Source: a virus. Taken from it: 64,000 nucleotides of DNA. The position numbers and the translations under genes were made by a program. The stretch lies in the IMG/VR virus record IMGVR_UViG_3300033816_000195, positions 9,499-73,498 of that record; one strand, written 5' to 3'. Shown here piece after piece: positions 30,901 to 40,180 of this stretch. The notes under the pieces are model-generated. The model did not search any database. It saw only the letters and a program-made list of their open reading frames with translations, and was not told the origin of the DNA. Numbering within the stretch: position 1 is the first letter of the stretch; the number at the start of each line of letters is the position of its first letter.

Positions 30901-32019
30901 TTTTGAAACAGCAACTGGTTTTGCTTTAGCTACTTCTTTTTTAATAGTAGCCATTTCAGACTTACTTAATGTAGGCATCTTGTAACCTGTGCCTGGTTTA
31001 AATGTACCACCAGGTTGCATCTCAGGTAACTCTTCTACTACATAACCTCCATCAACATATTTTTGTATTTCATTATCAGAAACATTTAAAGTAATACCTC
31101 CATCTTTTTCCTTAGGTACATATTTAAATCTTTGTAAATCTAGATCATATACTGGTGTACTATCATTAGCTCTAGGACTTGCATAATGACCAGCTATTTC
31201 CATCCAGGTTGTGTCACCTTCTTTAAATCCTGGTTTACCTGATTTTAAAAATACTCCTGTATTTGGATTAACACTAAAACCATGATAATATCCATCATAA
31301 GGATCTGGTTGCCAATCAGAATTCATTTGTAAAGCTTCTTCAAAGTTTTTAGGTTTACCTAATGCATCCCACATACCATAGTGATCATATTCATTTGGAT
31401 CACCATAAAAAGAATAAGGTCTCCTATTTTCAGGAGCTGATTCAGAATACTCTAGAAATTGGTTATAATCTTCTGGCTCATTTTCTGTTCTTATTGGCTT
31501 AAATGGCATTGGTGTTTCCTCTGCTTCTGGATCAACAGAAGTAAATGGATTATAATTATAAGGAACACCGCCATCTTGATAATACTTAGCATTAGGATCA
31601 AATACTTTTCTTTTTTTAGATTTTGGTTTCTTAAATAGAGGATTTTCTGTAAACAGTTTATTTGTAGCAGAAAGACTCCTTGAATATTTTTTAGAAGCTA
31701 GACCCTTTTTAGTTGGTTTAGGCATTTGTACTAAACCTCCTTTTTTTGCCATAGGAGTTTCATCTACATAGTCTGCTCCTGGAAAATTATATTCTTGTCC
31801 AGGATACATCATTTGTGGTTTACCAATATTAGGTTGTGCAAATACAGGATAAGGTACTCCTTGCATAGTAATATCACTAGAAGGTATTCTAGTTTTTTGA
31901 CCCGGGAATTTCCATTGACCTTGTTCAGTATAAATAATATCTTTTTTATACGGATTAGGTTTCTTGTATTTATCTAAATCTAATTTTGCTTTAGATAAGG
32001 CTTTTCTATTATAACTCAT
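28000..32019 (-). CDS. Polyvalent virion protein: N-terminal domain, pre-toxin-like helix, two putative ADP-ribosyltransferase-like domains, C-terminal lysozyme (GH24-like) domain
   Basis: Lysozyme-like LRDLENS...GANTIAYGHKL...LTEQQARDLQKKD...LTDYAYNLG...ERN (~28150-28600). ALDVVGALPVVGTAGKVAK at ~30479-30535. A YR...FTT...Y pattern occurs twice. The lysozyme call is firmer than the ART calls. Confidence 0.65.
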   Translation of the reverse strand: MSYNRKALSKAKLDLDKYKKPNPYKKDIIYTEQGQWKFPGQKTRIPSSDITMQGVPYPVFAQPNIGKPQMMYPGQEYNFPGADYVDETPMAKKGGLVQMPKPTKKGLASKKYSRSLSATNKLFTENPLFKKPKSKKRKVFDPNAKYYQDGGVPYNYNPFTSVDPEAEETPMPFKPIRTENEPEDYNQFLEYSESAPENRRPYSFYGDPNEYDHYGMWDALGKPKNFEEALQMNSDWQPDPYDGYYHGFSVNPNTGVFLKSGKPGFKEGDTTWMEIAGHYASPRANDSTPVYDLDLQRFKYVPKEKDGGITLNVSDNEIQKYVDGGYVVEELPEMQPGGTFKPGTGYKMPTLSKSEMATIKKEVAKAKPVAVSKPVAKKQSTSSFADRAAQVNKENKLKGIENISVDEATYNANRDRQNMQHLSEALSGVGEITGINSAIRTGERLIDDPLKFAGDLTTGISQVPETLVEGAMTLGSKLFGDNKDYVDVDTDALGVALDVVGALPVVGTAGKVAKPVLKSGLKYADNVIYPTRGYRASTFDKNLENLNYGLGDDPINAAKQKELITKVNKKGDFFTTDLEEMSQYLKGNEGRRGVFMGDDMVIEEVKIPFWKKNILSDSDVVNLKTAQGSVLPGQPRTMFQSEINANEYIIPRKNIFYPRKSTVIKAAPEEVFKQPVYAKNFRGEDIDISEFDFNYSPFSPDDPVFSNKGYQYLEDQITGATGKELPLYNPNPLQPHTRYKNYSKGANASNTASKVAKPIIKSAKLKEFFNRPPGPLMLGLGSRTKTPKTIPNFESEIDWVNWVKKHNKNYDAEDIQNVIKNSEEYNIIEQQTKANGTWMTNADGTPFQGTPEQFIQQQSTKFKQAYPEGTEITYRGGDKSDALKSDWSDKSKVVFTTKDEYGARAYNRTLDEPAISLTEAPPEGISQLYMPQTTNKIVIDGNIYPIGHKNRKYGLPYIDDKGKEVIDPAYRTNYARLNAIDQVPANELEAQNLEAFKNWMLEKHPTMTERGWSGEPRILNDWVMTDHFADFLNSPAGKDISRVEFQKIMDGTLNPIDVEVHNLNKAQQLKSRWGNSGEFDLTNPNKFKALLPYIIPTGLGTGAAAYGTSENNTEPQNKKGGNINNYAPGGELSPKDLDPATLEKYLSDLRDLENSIKKGYKNNKWYPHSSIEGGANTIAYGHKLKPGESFASGLTEQQARDLQKKDVLVHQAKAEEYVDKKYGTGTYDKLPQNSQMMLTDYAYNLGSLNPFPSFVEGVVKGDKNKMLQQYERRGLSERNKWTQNVINTTDFSKGSDEGFFDWLKTGWWNKKNGGAIEMDIKNKEDLKRYVDQGYIIEEL

Positions 32020-35000
32020 TACCTAAGTGATATTTGGTTTTTACTATTTGTAAGTTTAATTATCATATTCACATCATTAGAAATTTCTCTTTTTAAATGG
32101 AGTATATTTAAATAATGTCTAAACTTCTTTCTTTGTAATTCTGGTTTAGTTAAATCTAAGTTAGCTAAATTTAATTCTTTTCTATAACCATCTGCTCTAG
32201 TTACCCAAATATTTTCACTAGGATAATTTCCTAAAAGTTGTGTAGTATCTGGTACTAATGGACCTTGTGGTGGATAACCTGAACCAATAGGAAACTCTCC
32301 TCTATCTTTTGTTATATCCCAGAACTGATTAAATCTATATTTGTTTTCTTCTTTAGAGAATAATATATCAAACCCTGGTAAACCTACTATAGTATCATCT
32401 ATAATAGTTGGTATAATCGGATTAAACTTAGGATAATCTAAACTAAGTGTTACATTATTTTTAGGGAAAATATTTAAATTTAAATACCCGGATACTTGTT
32501 CTGAATTATATATTACTGCTTTATCAAAATTATAATCTAGTACATGGAACTGATCAACACAGTTACCAGCTTTTCTCTTATAACATTCTAATATATATTC
32601 TATAGATTTAATTGTAGTTACAGTCTGTCCTGTAATAATTGGCAGTTCTATTTCAAAAGGATAAGGAGTTCCATAGTAATTACAGAAATTATCGCACACA
32701 TAATTATGTATCCATAAAGTATTACCTTTTGAAGTTAAAAATGTAGTTTTTGTAGGGAATGTTAAATCTGGATGCCAGTCATGAAAACTTATCCAGAAAT
32801 TATTTTTAGGGTCAAAACTTATTGTCCAAGATGCACTTTCAAATAAAGCAGGATCACCAATTAAATATTTACCTTTTCCACCTACTGTAAAGTAATCACC
32901 CCTACCTTTATATTTTCCTGTTGAAACATAAGGTACATATTCTACAGGACCAGCCGGTCTTTGTTCTATAGGTTTTAATTTATAATCTTTTTTAGCAAAA
33001 TATAAAATAGAGTTTTGATTATCATAGACAGATTGTATTCCAATACCAGCAACAGGATTATCTTGCCATGGGTAATTAGGAAAATCTTCAAGTAACTTAT
33101 ATGGTAAGAATAATGTAAACCACCATTTTAAACCTATCTGAGATATTTCTTTTAACATGTTACCACCATACTGATATATCTTTGCTTGGTTTTGAGAAAC
33201 ATAGTACAAACCAGCAGGAGTATTTATTACAGACAATCTATTTTGAGATGATCCATATTCATATGGTTTATCTGCATTTGATACTGTTTGTTGTGGTTGT
33301 GAAAATAAACCTCCGTCACCTATAGTAATTTTTGTATTAAGATCTGTCTGAAGAACATCTACACCCTGATACATTAATGGGCTATCATTTTTAAAAGTAA
33401 TTAATATACCATTTTTATTTATTGACTTTACACCAGATATTTGTGATTTAAATTCCTTATAGTTATTTGGTAAATATACAAACCAACTATCTTTAAATGC
33501 CTCTTCTACTTGTTGTAAAGAATAATAAATTCTATCAGGAAAATATGTATAGCAAAGTTTAGAAACAAAAGGATCATAATATCTAGATTGTAAATTACCA
33601 GATGAAAAATACTGATTATATAATTTACTTACACTTAAAGAATAGTCATATTCATAGTAATCTCCTTGAGTAATATTTACAGGATTCATATCAAACAATA
33701 CAGGTAAATCTGTATAGTTATATGGATTGTATACTTTTTCAAATTGTTGTGAACCAGCTTCTCTAAAATCTACAAGAACATCACTCTCTACATAAAAATC
33801 TCTAACAGAAGAATTAGCTAAATAGAAATAAGAATTCTTTACACCAAAACCAACAGCAGGAGGATAGTTACCTTCAGCATCTGTTTGATAGTTATAACTA
33901 TTGTGATCTAGTTGATAAAAGTTTCTTGGTCTAAATCCTCCACCAGGATAACTAGGCGAAAGGAAGTTTGCTGGACTCATTTCTGAAATATCATATCTCT
34001 GAGAGTTTATCCAGAATCTAGGATTTATAAACATTCTTCTTAAAAGATAATTATACTCAAATCCATTTGGAAAATCATATAACCAATCATTAAAAAAGAA
34101 CATTGTGTTTTTTTCAGCATACCTATTAATATAAGTATCTCCACCAAAAAATATAGGAGTTTTAGTTAAAGACTTAACAGTATAATTACTATTTACTCCC
34201 GGAGTACATTGAAATGGTCCTGTTTGTACAAAGTAATTAATATCTGTAGGGTCTGTATAATTTATTTTTTGTTCACAAGGTGTGATTACAATTTGTTTTA
34301 TGGAATCTAATTGTCCATACTGATTTTGTAATCTAACTTTTATAGCTCCATAATAGCTAGCAATATTTTTTCCAAAATCTCTATCAGGAGTAGCTTCATA
34401 ACCTAACTGACCAACAGTAACTAATGATTTATCATTTTGTAAAAATGCAGGTCCTTTATTTAAACCATTTGGATAACTAACATTATATCTAGGACCTGTA
34501 AGAGTTCTTAAAACTACTGTGTCAGATCTTTTAAGATTATTTATTTTATATCTATACCACGTACCGGGCACACTATTGTTTGCATAAGAAGGCATGGTTT
34601 GTAAAGAATCTCTTAAATAAAAAGCCTCTCCAATTTTAAATCTTTTTAAATTACTATCTGATAATGTTTGTGTAATATTCCAACCATCATAAAATCCATA
34701 AGCTTGTTGTTGAAGTGCATATTGTCTATATGGTAAGAAAGCATATATAGCATCAAGTGTAACATTAGCACCTTCAGAAAAATAATATGCAAACTTATTT
34801 ATAGCACCTAATACACTAAAACCTGTTTCTAAATATGCTGGTAAATATGAGTTTGCATTAGATTCAACAGATAACCAAGGAGCTGTATAATTTCCACCAA
34901 AAGCTAAAGCATTTTCATTAAAATTTTGTAATAGTTGTTGTTCTACATTAGTTCCTGTAAAAGCATCTAATAAAAAACCACCTGAAAGATCATAAATACC

Positions 35001-37514
35001 TTCTTGAGCATTATATAACTGTAATTGTGTATAAAATAAAAAAGCATCATCTAAGTTAGTTTGTATACCAATTGGTAATGTATTACCTCCCACTTCAGGT
35101 AATTGATATTGTGCAGTAAAATTTCCGCCAGGTTGATTGTAAACTCTTTTACCTAGTAAAGATACTATAGCTTCTCCAAAACCTACAAATAAGGCTGTAG
35201 CCCATGCTTGATCACTTATTAATTTAAACTGAGGGTGTTTAGAAGGTTCAACAAATTTTTGATCTGAAACTCCTGATATATAACCATATGTTTTAAATTC
35301 AGTAGCTGATAAGAATGGATTTCTAAATGTAGTATCTGGAGAGTGAAATGAAATAATATCTTCCGGTATACTTTGATTTAATACCTTACCTCCTGCATCA
35401 AGAGGGTCAGGATCATTAGGGTCAGGAATTCTAATAAAAGGATCATTATATAAATAATTATGATCACTTGGATTATTAGTATTATATGGAGGATATATAC
35501 AGTTAAACGGATGGTTTAAATATAAACCTCTTGTTCTTAATGAAGATTGTGTATTATTATAATCTCCAATGTCTTCATAAGTTCTAAAGTTATTTATCAT
35601 ACCTTTAGCAATAACACTTCTGTTACCTTCTCTAGAACTTCTTAATATTTCATATCCTACAATACCTGGTATATCATTACCATCATTATCTTTTGGAAAA
35701 ATTATATTTTCAAAATATACTCCTAATATTCTTATAGAAGGAACATCTACTTGTGAGCCTGTAGCATTTACATTAGGTGTAAAATGTGGATCTGTAGTAT
35801 TATCAGGAAACTTATGGTGTCTAATTTTTTTACCACATAAGTCATATTCTTTTGATGCACCTGCTTGTCCAGTCCAACAATGTTCACTTGGGTTCCAAAT
35901 TTCTGCTTGATTATCAGGATAGTTTTCTGTTGATTCCCAATAACCCATTTCACCCACTCTATTTACTATACCTCCATCTGGTAAAACTATTTTACCACCT
36001 ATTGTTTCAGTACCCGGAATATTTACAGGTAATAAAGTACTAGCAGTATTATATACTTCAAATACTTGTTCTGTTTTTAAAGGATCTGTTGAATCATAAT
36101 AAAGGATGTTTTTTCCATTATAACTTGTTGACTCTTCAGGATAGGTATTAGTAGTTCCTGGTATTGTATAATTTTTAGGAGGTCTCCCGGGGATATGATA
36201 AGAAGCAGACTTATCACCTGTATCATATACCCAACGTATAAAGAATGCATATACTTCATCTCTTAAATAACTAGTTTTATTACCACCATTTACATAATAG
36301 TTAGCAGGATATTCAACTGAAGCCCAACGGGATCTAATTAAGTTTGCTAAGGGTTGATAATTAAAATCAAACTTAGATGTAGGTCCTACTCTTAGTAAGT
36401 AATTGTTTACTTCAGTAATCTGATCTGACTTTTCAAATACTGGTGTTTGTAAAGGAATGTCTTCTAATGGAACTGTAAGAGTATCTTCTTTAATTTGATC
36501 TAAAGTAATTCTGCTTGTATTAGTAGAATATGTACCAATTCTTTTTGCTACTGTACCATTATTAATACACTGTACTATTACTAATTCAAACTCATCAAAA
36601 TTTTCTGAGTCTGCACTTACTTCTAAATCTAAAGAACCCTGTAAATCTTCAAATGTGTAAACAAACTGATAATTACTTTGTGAAAAATAATCTGTTATTT
36701 TCTGACCCTTTATACTATAAGCTATTGTTGCAAAGTAAGTACCGTTTCTTAATGTTCCTCCTGTTACACCTAAACTTAATTTAAGACAAGGTGTACTCAT
36801 TAATCTTGCTAATCTTATTTTATCACAATCTAATTTATTTTGATCTACACAAAACTCACAAGGATTATTAGTATCTATTGGTGTACACTTTTGTGTCCAA
36901 GTTACTCCGGGCCAAAGTATTGTATCAGATGTATTATTATAATTAGTATAAAAGTTTACACTATTAGTATAGTTACTTTGTGACACAGACCAAAAATAGT
37001 TTGCAGGATCTGGCCATAATTTAGGATCCCCAACATTTAAAAATCTATCTGGATTTAAACCATCTGCCCAATATACTTGCCAAGTACAATCTTCTTTTTC
37101 TCTTGAAGAACCTGATATTAAAAATCTTTTATCAAAACCTAAACAAGCATCTTGTACAATAGGTCTATATATACATTTACTTTCTTCAAGAAGACCAATC
37201 TCTGACATTACTGTAACACCATTTACATCATGACCAGCTGTATATATAACCCAAGTATCACTGAATAAATGTATTCCTCCTATAATGTATTTATTTACTA
37301 CAGTAGGTGGCATTGTTGATCCGGCTGTTGCACAAAGATAGTTTGAACTCTCATTTGATAATGTACCTAAGTCTCCTTCTGCTGTATTGTTTACAGCATT
37401 TCGAGCATGTAACCACATACCTTCAGATACAAATGAAGGATCAGAATCTTTATTAAGACCTTTTGTAAATGTATTAGTTAAATTCTGCGCACTATTTTGT
37501 ATGTTCTTTGCCAT
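32019..37514 (-). CDS. Tail stabilization / muzzle protein (crAss-like Tstab)
   Basis: 1831 aa. N-terminal FTKGLNKD...ARNA...G.L.NE, YLRDEVYAFFIRW, KKIRHHKFP and C-terminal WISFHDWHP. Directly follows the tubular/ring gene, as in crAss-like genomes. Confidence 0.8.
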   Translation of the reverse strand: MAKNIQNSAQNLTNTFTKGLNKDSDPSFVSEGMWLHARNAVNNTAEGDLGTLSNESSNYLCATAGSTMPPTVVNKYIIGGIHLFSDTWVIYTAGHDVNGVTVMSEIGLLEESKCIYRPIVQDACLGFDKRFLISGSSREKEDCTWQVYWADGLNPDRFLNVGDPKLWPDPANYFWSVSQSNYTNSVNFYTNYNNTSDTILWPGVTWTQKCTPIDTNNPCEFCVDQNKLDCDKIRLARLMSTPCLKLSLGVTGGTLRNGTYFATIAYSIKGQKITDYFSQSNYQFVYTFEDLQGSLDLEVSADSENFDEFELVIVQCINNGTVAKRIGTYSTNTSRITLDQIKEDTLTVPLEDIPLQTPVFEKSDQITEVNNYLLRVGPTSKFDFNYQPLANLIRSRWASVEYPANYYVNGGNKTSYLRDEVYAFFIRWVYDTGDKSASYHIPGRPPKNYTIPGTTNTYPEESTSYNGKNILYYDSTDPLKTEQVFEVYNTASTLLPVNIPGTETIGGKIVLPDGGIVNRVGEMGYWESTENYPDNQAEIWNPSEHCWTGQAGASKEYDLCGKKIRHHKFPDNTTDPHFTPNVNATGSQVDVPSIRILGVYFENIIFPKDNDGNDIPGIVGYEILRSSREGNRSVIAKGMINNFRTYEDIGDYNNTQSSLRTRGLYLNHPFNCIYPPYNTNNPSDHNYLYNDPFIRIPDPNDPDPLDAGGKVLNQSIPEDIISFHSPDTTFRNPFLSATEFKTYGYISGVSDQKFVEPSKHPQFKLISDQAWATALFVGFGEAIVSLLGKRVYNQPGGNFTAQYQLPEVGGNTLPIGIQTNLDDAFLFYTQLQLYNAQEGIYDLSGGFLLDAFTGTNVEQQLLQNFNENALAFGGNYTAPWLSVESNANSYLPAYLETGFSVLGAINKFAYYFSEGANVTLDAIYAFLPYRQYALQQQAYGFYDGWNITQTLSDSNLKRFKIGEAFYLRDSLQTMPSYANNSVPGTWYRYKINNLKRSDTVVLRTLTGPRYNVSYPNGLNKGPAFLQNDKSLVTVGQLGYEATPDRDFGKNIASYYGAIKVRLQNQYGQLDSIKQIVITPCEQKINYTDPTDINYFVQTGPFQCTPGVNSNYTVKSLTKTPIFFGGDTYINRYAEKNTMFFFNDWLYDFPNGFEYNYLLRRMFINPRFWINSQRYDISEMSPANFLSPSYPGGGFRPRNFYQLDHNSYNYQTDAEGNYPPAVGFGVKNSYFYLANSSVRDFYVESDVLVDFREAGSQQFEKVYNPYNYTDLPVLFDMNPVNITQGDYYEYDYSLSVSKLYNQYFSSGNLQSRYYDPFVSKLCYTYFPDRIYYSLQQVEEAFKDSWFVYLPNNYKEFKSQISGVKSINKNGILITFKNDSPLMYQGVDVLQTDLNTKITIGDGGLFSQPQQTVSNADKPYEYGSSQNRLSVINTPAGLYYVSQNQAKIYQYGGNMLKEISQIGLKWWFTLFLPYKLLEDFPNYPWQDNPVAGIGIQSVYDNQNSILYFAKKDYKLKPIEQRPAGPVEYVPYVSTGKYKGRGDYFTVGGKGKYLIGDPALFESASWTISFDPKNNFWISFHDWHPDLTFPTKTTFLTSKGNTLWIHNYVCDNFCNYYGTPYPFEIELPIITGQTVTTIKSIEYILECYKRKAGNCVDQFHVLDYNFDKAVIYNSEQVSGYLNLNIFPKNNVTLSLDYPKFNPIIPTIIDDTIVGLPGFDILFSKEENKYRFNQFWDITKDRGEFPIGSGYPPQGPLVPDTTQLLGNYPSENIWVTRADGYRKELNLANLDLTKPELQRKKFRHYLNILHLKREISNDVNMIIKLTNSKNQISLR

Positions 37515-37515
37515 A

Positions 37516-38559
37516 TTATTTTACTCTATTAAATCCTAGGTTTCTATAATAAGCACTATTAGGAGAATATGATTTAAACATATCATAATACTTAGAGTAC
37601 ATTGCCTTTCTATTTGTCCACCATAGCTGTTCCATTTCTTTAAAGTTTGGAGTATTAACTACAGTAAGAGCTTGATTTCTTGCAGGTCTTAATCTTTGTT
37701 CAACAAGTTGAAGTCTTTGCATTACATCTTCCCCATTCATATATAGATTCTCAAGAATTCTTTGTTTAAATGCATACTCATAATATTCATTTATAAGATC
37801 ATGATCTGGTACCAATAAGTTACCTTGATCATCTTCCATCTGACCCTGATAGTTTAAATATACTTTTCCAGTTTGAAATGTTGTAAATAAAAAACCTCCT
37901 TTAATCCAACCTTGGTTTACAGTATTATAGTAAAGATTAGGACAGTCACATTCTATTTCTTGACTAGCCTTCATTCTAAGTGGAATAAGATTTTTATATA
38001 TTCTTACATTACTTGTATTTATAATTTGTACTAATTCATATTGTTCACCTTTGCAATTCATAAAAACTCTTGGAGCAATACAAGTATCTCCGTATGGATT
38101 GTTAGGATCATATTGAGTAGGTATTGGATCTGCTATAGGATAATTAAGCCCGCAAGCTGCTGTATGATTACATGGATTAGAATTACAGGTTCTACAGTTT
38201 ACTGTGGGTGCTGCGCATGTATCTGTTGTACTAGGTACTTCTTGATAAGGTACTTCTTGCACATTAGTACCAGAAGCCCATCCATCATAACCTACTCTTT
38301 GTTCAAATTCACCACAAACAAATGCAAAGTTAAATGTATAAAAATCATCAGGTAATTTAACTTTACCATGACAGACTTCTAATATAATTTCTTTCTGCTG
38401 ATTTATTCTTAAACCTAAATCATAGTTTAATTTTTTAGCTAACTTAATAAGAGTCTGTGGCTCTATCATGTTCTCTAAAGCAAATGTATTTAAGTCAATA
38501 GATACATCTTCCAATAACTGGTCAAATGTACGGTACCGGAGTGTATAATTATAATCCAT
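37516..38559 (-). CDS. Tail tubular / ring protein (crAss-like Ttub) with Cys-rich insertion
   Basis: KVKLPDDF and TTFQTGKVYLNYQG...DDQGNLLVPD motifs; synteny immediately before the muzzle gene. Confidence 0.7.
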   Translation of the reverse strand: MDYNYTLRYRTFDQLLEDVSIDLNTFALENMIEPQTLIKLAKKLNYDLGLRINQQKEIILEVCHGKVKLPDDFYTFNFAFVCGEFEQRVGYDGWASGTNVQEVPYQEVPSTTDTCAAPTVNCRTCNSNPCNHTAACGLNYPIADPIPTQYDPNNPYGDTCIAPRVFMNCKGEQYELVQIINTSNVRIYKNLIPLRMKASQEIECDCPNLYYNTVNQGWIKGGFLFTTFQTGKVYLNYQGQMEDDQGNLLVPDHDLINEYYEYAFKQRILENLYMNGEDVMQRLQLVEQRLRPARNQALTVVNTPNFKEMEQLWWTNRKAMYSKYYDMFKSYSPNSAYYRNLGFNRVK

Positions 38560-39236
38560 TATCTAAGTGAATTTTGACTATCATCAGCACCATCTGTAGG
38601 TACTTGCATAGCCATAGTAAGTTCTTTAATTACAAATTGCTCTACTTCAGAAAATAAGTATTCTGGAAAAGGTAAAGGTTGGTCTTGTCTAATTACACAA
38701 GAATCTTCATTATCTTCTCCACATTGATAACCTAATGTATCTCCTTGAAATATTGCTTCAACTCTAACTGCGTCCCAGTCTACATTTGGTAAATATAAAT
38801 AACCATTAAGATACCAAAAGTATTGTTTCTTATTATATTTAAAAGTAGTACTCCTAGTCATAGATACCCATGTACCCGGATCAGTTCTATATAATTCTAT
38901 AGAACCATCTATAGAAGATACAGTACGTATAATAGGGCCAAATATACCATCAAGTATAGTTGGTAATTTTTCTTTAGATCTTTTAAAGTAACAACCTGAA
39001 TATACACCAATACATTGAGCTTCTACTTTATCTACACTAATTAATTCTACATAAGGTAAAACATTAAATATAGAACTTATTTTCATTAGTCTAAATTGGT
39101 TATCTTCTCTTTTAAGAAGAGTTTGGCCATACTTAAGTAATGAAAAATATATAGTTCTATCAGTCAAGAAAGGATCTTCTTTAACTGCCTTTAGAGTATT
39201 TCTAACTCTTGATATTGCTTCACCTATTGTTGTCAT
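38559..39236 (-). CDS. Tail ring / adaptor protein
   Basis: 225 aa, lies between the IHF-like gene and Ttub; YFWYLNGYLYLPN...VRVEAIF pattern. Confidence 0.6.
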   Translation of the reverse strand: MTTIGEAISRVRNTLKAVKEDPFLTDRTIYFSLLKYGQTLLKREDNQFRLMKISSIFNVLPYVELISVDKVEAQCIGVYSGCYFKRSKEKLPTILDGIFGPIIRTVSSIDGSIELYRTDPGTWVSMTRSTTFKYNKKQYFWYLNGYLYLPNVDWDAVRVEAIFQGDTLGYQCGEDNEDSCVIRQDQPLPFPEYLFSEVEQFVIKELTMAMQVPTDGADDSQNSLR

Positions 39237-39814
39237 ATATCAAATTCATTATAGTTTTTTAAAGCATGTAGAGTCTTTGTCTTTAACATGTTTTTATAAA
39301 CAGTTTTACTATATTGTGTTTTAATTTGTAATTTTGGTTCAACTACTAAATACATATTCCAGTTCTCCGGATATGATTTAGCAACTGATCTTTTAAATTC
39401 TCTACAAGCAGTAAACCCCCAAAATTCTCTATTTTTAATTTTATGCTTATTAGCACTATTGCTATAAAATATTTTAGCTAGTTTACCATCTGTTCCTAAA
39501 TTATTATTAGTTACAGTTACGCCATATTTTAAAGACTTACCAAAATCCACATTTTTCTTTTTACTTGTTTGACAAGTTCCAATAAACAACCAGCCTAATG
39601 ATTCAGGTAGTTGTATACCATCTCTTGTTTCAATTACTGTATTGAATAATGTTTTATTGTATGTCTTTATAATATTTTTCAAAACACTATTTTCTAGATT
39701 CTTATATCTAGGAAATTTTTTTTTAAAACTGTCAAAGAACTCTTTTTCTAAAATGTTGTGTACTCTAGGTCTAAATCTTGGAGCACTAATGTCAGGTTGC
39801 TTAAATTCCTTCAT
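39233..39814 (-). CDS. IHF/HU-like basic DNA-binding protein (crAss-like tail-module IHF gene)
   Basis: Helix followed by GIQLPESLGWLFI (HU-like beta motif); basic; expected position ahead of the ring genes. Confidence 0.55.
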   Translation of the reverse strand: MKEFKQPDISAPRFRPRVHNILEKEFFDSFKKKFPRYKNLENSVLKNIIKTYNKTLFNTVIETRDGIQLPESLGWLFIGTCQTSKKKNVDFGKSLKYGVTVTNNNLGTDGKLAKIFYSNSANKHKIKNREFWGFTACREFKRSVAKSYPENWNMYLVVEPKLQIKTQYSKTVYKNMLKTKTLHALKNYNEFDI

Positions 39815-39816
39815 AA

Positions 39817-39829
39817 TAATATACTAAAA
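39817..39829 (-). promoter_or_regulatory. Candidate late promoter element (TTTTAGTATATTA)
   Basis: 13/13 identical to the 27959 copy. A TAtaTTTG host-type element also lies at ~39844-39852. Confidence 0.5.
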
Positions 39830-39856
39830 ATAAATGAGATTAACAAATATACGAAT

Positions 39857-39888
39857 AAAACAAAACCCTCACTAGTGTGAGGGCTTTG
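39857..39888 (-). terminator. Rho-independent terminator
   Basis: Stem caaaaccctcac / gtgagggctttg with a T-rich tail on the minus strand, downstream of 39929..40174. Confidence 0.7.
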
Positions 39889-39928
39889 CCTTGTTTGTTA
39901 CAGAAAATACCAACAAACCTGCAACATC

Positions 39929-40174
39929 TTAAGGTGCTGGACAAAAGTATCCCACAATTAATCTTAAAGCTTCTGCCATATTAGTATTACTAGGCACCAC
40001 TGTATCTCCATTACATGTAATAGGTTCACCTGTATAGATTATACACTGAGCATCAAAAACTTCAGAACATGGTTCTGGTTCTGGACATCCTTGTGGAGTA
40101 GGACATGGTGCAGGACTTGTCAAGAAACTATCTTGACATCCACAATTCTTTTTACATGTATTTGTAGTTGCCAT
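39929..40174 (-). CDS. Small Cys-rich structural protein
   Basis: 81 aa. CSEVFDAQCIIYTGEPITC resembles the N-terminal module of the neighbouring 468-aa protein. Confidence 0.65.
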   Translation of the reverse strand: MATTNTCKKNCGCQDSFLTSPAPCPTPQGCPEPEPCSEVFDAQCIIYTGEPITCNGDTVVPSNTNMAEALRLIVGYFCPAP

Positions 40175-40180
40175 TTTTTA

